Source: Macrostomum lignano (lineage: Eukaryota). From it: a stretch of DNA of 64,000 bases. Location: positions 170,755-234,754 of the forward strand of contig NIVC01000129.1 in assembly GCA_002269645.1 (NCBI GenBank). Direction: 5' to 3'. The notes beneath the pieces were generated by a model. It was not told where the DNA came from, did no database searches, and saw only the letters and a list, made by a program, of their open reading frames with translations. Positions 59,901-64,000 of the stretch are shown in pieces. The stretch's first letter is position 1; each line of letters begins with the position of its first letter. Position numbers and translations under genes: made by a program.

Positions 59901-61905
59901 CCTGTATTGTACTGTAACCAAATTTTTCTTGTATCTGTAGCCTATAGGGGATATCTATATAGCCATATCCTTAAAATTTTCCCATAGCCTAGCCTATCTG
60001 TATCTATCTAGGCCTCCTAGTTATAGGCCTACCCATTTTTGTAGCTAATAAATTTCTATAACTGTTGTATAGGCCTAACAGCTAATGCCAAGACCTAGAC
60101 CCTGATATTGATAGATACCTTTAAGAAGCAACTAAATGTTAGGCCTATATATACAATGCAACCATGCTAAAGCTGAATTGCTGCATTGGCTTTTGGACTT
60201 AGAGTGTATATCAGTTGAGATAGCAAGACCAATACTAAGGCCTATACTTTACATAAGGCCATAAGGCTATCTAATCTAATGTAGGCTTCTAACCTGTTGC
60301 GCAGGCAACAACTTTGACTAGGCCTAGCCAACCATGTCATCTAGTTGGAGACTAGAAGTTTGCCCTCTGTTGCCCTAAGCCTTTATATGAAGTGCTAATG
60401 CTCAAACTATATAGACTACATAGGCAAGGCCAAAAGCAAGTATCCTTTTTCTATGCCCTCTTCCTTTTCTTTTCTTCTTTCCTCTCTTCTGCTCTGCCCC
60501 CTTTTCTCTTTTTCTCTCCCTTCTTACTTCTCCCTTTTCCTTTCTTCTCTTTCCTTTCTTTGTTCTTTTTCTTAATACTCTTTCTTTTTCTCCTCTTCCT
60601 TCTTTTTTGTCTCCTTTTTATATTGTTTGAATAACTAAAGTAATGAAATCAAAGTCTAATTCTTACTAAGATCATCTGTGAAAACAATGGCCTATTTATT
60701 AGTTAGTTTCCAAGAAGCCTCCTTTGCAATATAGGCTTTAGTCTTTTTTGATAGTGGTAGATGCTAGGCAGCTTCTTTATTGGCTTCATTTATCTTAACT
60801 TAGGCCTCTCATCATCCTAATTACAACATGCATATGATGTCAAAAATATTGTTTTAATCCTTGACCTCAAGGACTTAAGAGCTCCTTTTATATTGAAAGT
60901 GAATACATATCTCAAGTAGGCCCTAACCCTTTGTTCCAACCTTAATGTGTATTAAGGTTGGAATATGCATTAAGGTATAGGCCTTATTAATTAAGGTATA
61001 GTGTAAAACATTTGAGTCCCTAACCCTAGGGACTTACAAGCTCCTTTGTATTGAAAATGAAAGCAATTATCTTTTCTTAACATTAGGCCTAGCCCCTTAC
61101 CACCCAACCATAATGTGCATTTGGTGTCAAAACTAGGCCTATCTATTGCTAAGTTTCCAAATCTATCTATATTTAAGGACTTGAGATTAAGAGCTCCCCT
61201 TTGAAAATGAAAACATTCATCTTAACTAATAACTTTAGCCCTTAGCACCTAGCCACAATATGGACATGTCATTGATAATCTATGTAGATGCTTGAGTGAG
61301 TCCTAAATTCTAGGCATTTCACTTTGAAACTAGCAATATTCAATTATTTCTATTACCCTAACCCCATCAAATCTATGGCTCCAATGGTCTTGCAATTTTT
61401 GGCTGAATGGTACTATTAGATATAAGAAAAATGTGTTCCTGTAACCATATCTATAACTTCCCATAGCTATAGATATGATGGAATTCTAACATCTTTTGGT
61501 GTATTTTCTAACCATCTAGCTTAACCTAGGCCTAATGTTTATATTTTATTAGCATTGCCACCTTTTCCATCAATTAATAAATTTGATATATAATATTGGC
61601 TTATGGTTTTATGAGTTTTCAGTTTCTTAAAGGTCTTGAGTTGCAGTTATTAAACTAGTATAGACAGTAACTTATTCTTTGAGCTCAGTATATGGCTAGT
61701 TTGGTTAAGAGTGACAAATATGTTCATTGACATTAGTGAGTATTTTTATATTCTATATTTTTTAACTCGGTTAATATGAATATGTGACCATCTGTATGAG
61801 TATGCTTTCAAGCTTGAATTTCGTTTACAGTTGATTAAATTGAATTTCTATACATTTTCAGTCTGACTGTGCCATTGTGCATCAACATTTAATTGTTTTT
61901 CCTAT

Positions 61906-62180
61906 ATGGACAAGTACTCCTCGCGAAGAGGTAAGCTGTCAGCTCATACTGACAGTATGTTTTATGTTTAATACTCATTATGGTCAATAAATGGAAGTGT
62001 CATTCTGAAATTAAATTTTAGTTATTCGCGAGGCTGTCAACCTTGGATCTGACTATGCCACTCAAATTTTTCGCGGCTTTGTTGACAGCTTCTTGAATCC
62101 TCCATCAGCCACCCTAGATCAGTGGCGCCTGGTGAAACTGGAAATGCTAGAGAATGGCTACTTTGAGGAGGAGTTTTCAG
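61906..62180 (+). CDS. Candidate exons of an unidentified plus-strand gene (61906-61930 and 62022-62180)
   Basis: ATG...AGA G|gtaagc and tttag|TT ATT...TCA G|gtaaga join in phase: MDKYSSRRVIREAVNLGSDYATQIFRGFVDSFLNPPSATLDQWRLVKLEMLENGYFEEEFS. Confidence 0.4.
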
Positions 62181-62874
62181 GTAAGATTTGACATCTCAGC
62201 AGCTCCATTCCATCTTGATCCTTGGCCTACTCTTATCCTAAATTTATGAGCCTTTGATCAGCGAGGCTAGATTCGTCTCATTGGTAGTTCCGCTTTTTTA
62301 AACTCGGGTTTACAAGTCTACATATTTTTAAGGAAATATTCGATATGCACTACTAAAAGTATCATGTAGCACAGAAAGTAAACTTGCAAAGTTGCTTATA
62401 ACTATATCAATAAATGCCTTTGCGAGGGGACACTTGTGCAACATTATTTTTGTCCTTAAATATCCCAGATTCATATGATCGCATTGTTCTATCCTATTAG
62501 CTGTGCGATTTGCTGGTATATTTTGGACACAGTTCAATGTATAATTTATGTAATGCAAAATTAATGGCGATTAATATACAAATGACTGTTAGCAAATGTT
62601 TGAATTTGAAACTGTTTAACTTTTGGTTTGAAATAACTGCCTGCTCGTCAACTTGCGCAAAGCTGCTCAGATCTTCCCCTGTCCAGGAGGAATTTTCTTT
62701 GCTTTCTTAGCTTGCGCAAGGGCTTGGGTGTGGCTAGATTAATAACTTTGTTATGGGGGCATTTCGTTACATTGTGAGCAAATTTTTGGCTTAGAATTTG
62801 CTAATTGGTCATTTTTGCAACTGGAGTGTCCGAACATGCTGTTATTATGATTTTTACACATTGCTTCTACGGTT

Positions 62875-63700
62875 TTATCTGCCTCTCCTCTCCCCCTCTG
62901 TCCTTGAGAATCTGCCTCTCCACTCCCCCTCTGTCCTTGAGAATCTGCCTCTCCGCCTCCCTCAGTCCTTGAGAATCTGCCTCTCCTCTCCCCCTCAGTC
63001 CTTGAGAATCTGCCTCTCCACTCCCCCTCTGTCCTTGAGAATCTGCCTCTCCGCCTCCCTCAGTCCTTGAGAATCTGCCTCTCCTCTCCCCCTCAGTCCT
63101 TGAGAATCTGCCTCTCCTCTCCCCCTCTGTCCTTGAGAATCTGCCTCTCCGCTCCCTCAGTCCTTGAGAATCTGCCTCTCCTCTCCCCCTCTGTCCTTGA
63201 GAATCTGCCTCTCCTCTCCCCCTCAGTCCTTGAGAATCTGCCTCTCCGCTCCCTCAGTCCTTGAGAATCTGCCTCTCCGCCTCCCTCAGTCCTTGAGAAT
63301 CTGCCTCTCCTCTCCCCCTCAGTCCTTGAGAATCTGCCTCTCCGCCTCCCTCAGTCCTTGAGAATCTGCCTCTCCTCTCCCCCTCAGTCCTTGAGAATCT
63401 GCCTCTCCGCCTCCCTCAGTCCTTGAGAATCTGCCTCTCCTCTCCCCCTCAGTCCTTGAGAATCTGCCTCTCCTCTCCCCCTCAGTCCTTGAGAATCTGC
63501 CTCTCCACTTCCCCTCTGTCCTTGAGAATCTGCCTCTCCACTCCCCCTCTGTCCTTGAGAATCTGCCTCTCAGCTCCCCCTCTGTCCTTGAGAATCTGCC
63601 TCTCAGCTCCCCCTCTGTCCTTGAGAATCTGCCTCTCAGCTCCCCCTCTGTCCTTAAGAATCTGCCTTTCAGCCCCCCCCCTCTGTCCTTAAGAATCCGC
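62875..63700. repeat. Minisatellite, about 31-33 bp unit gtccttgagaatctgcctctcctctccccctca
   Basis: Direct inspection. Confidence 0.95.
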
Positions 63701-64000
63701 TCTTCCTCTCCGCTCCTGAGGTCGTTGTAATCACTGAATCCTCAAATTAATTCTCAGCCTACTCGTCAACTTGTTAGAAGCACAATCAATTTGCTTTTAA
63801 CAAGGGCTTGGGTAAGGCAAGAGTATGTACCGGATGCTCAGGTCTCGTTTCATCTTAATGTCAAAGATGGATCATTTGGCGTTTGAAAGATAAAATGCAT
63901 CTTTCAAATTTGAGCCAAGGCCTCTTGCATCCGTACAACAAATAGTTTTTGTATCAATTTTTCTTGGAATTGTGCCCTCATTAAGTGCTTCATTCACTCA

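Noticed and set aside
60392-60634. Phe/Leu-rich membrane-protein-like ORF
   Set aside because: Derived from a CT-rich low-complexity tract.

Overview
This is eukaryotic (metazoan, invertebrate-type) genomic DNA with GC-rich exons, GT-AG introns and very dense minisatellites. The style resembles a repeat-rich flatworm genome such as Macrostomum, but that is inference only. Recognisable genes: a minus-strand SNX9/18/33-family sorting nexin (8 exons reconstructed, runs off the left edge); a single-exon class A peptide-GPCR pseudogene; a 2997-aa intronless sacsin-like ORF (two SRR ATPase-like repeats, degenerate J region, HEPN); a minus-strand bifunctional PAPS synthase; and a short tail-anchored GST-fold gene (GDAP1/metaxin-like). 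Mobile DNA includes a decayed mariner, a Crypton tyrosine-recombinase fragment, an internally deleted THAP/P-element remnant, MITEs, a tRNA-derived SINE and a gypsy integrase fragment. No CRISPR or prokaryotic system is present. The most unusual signals are the truncated sacsin architecture lacking the J-domain HPD motif, intronic minisatellites whose units mimic adjacent splice signals, and a roughly 4-kb block enriched in the palindrome TAGGCCTA.
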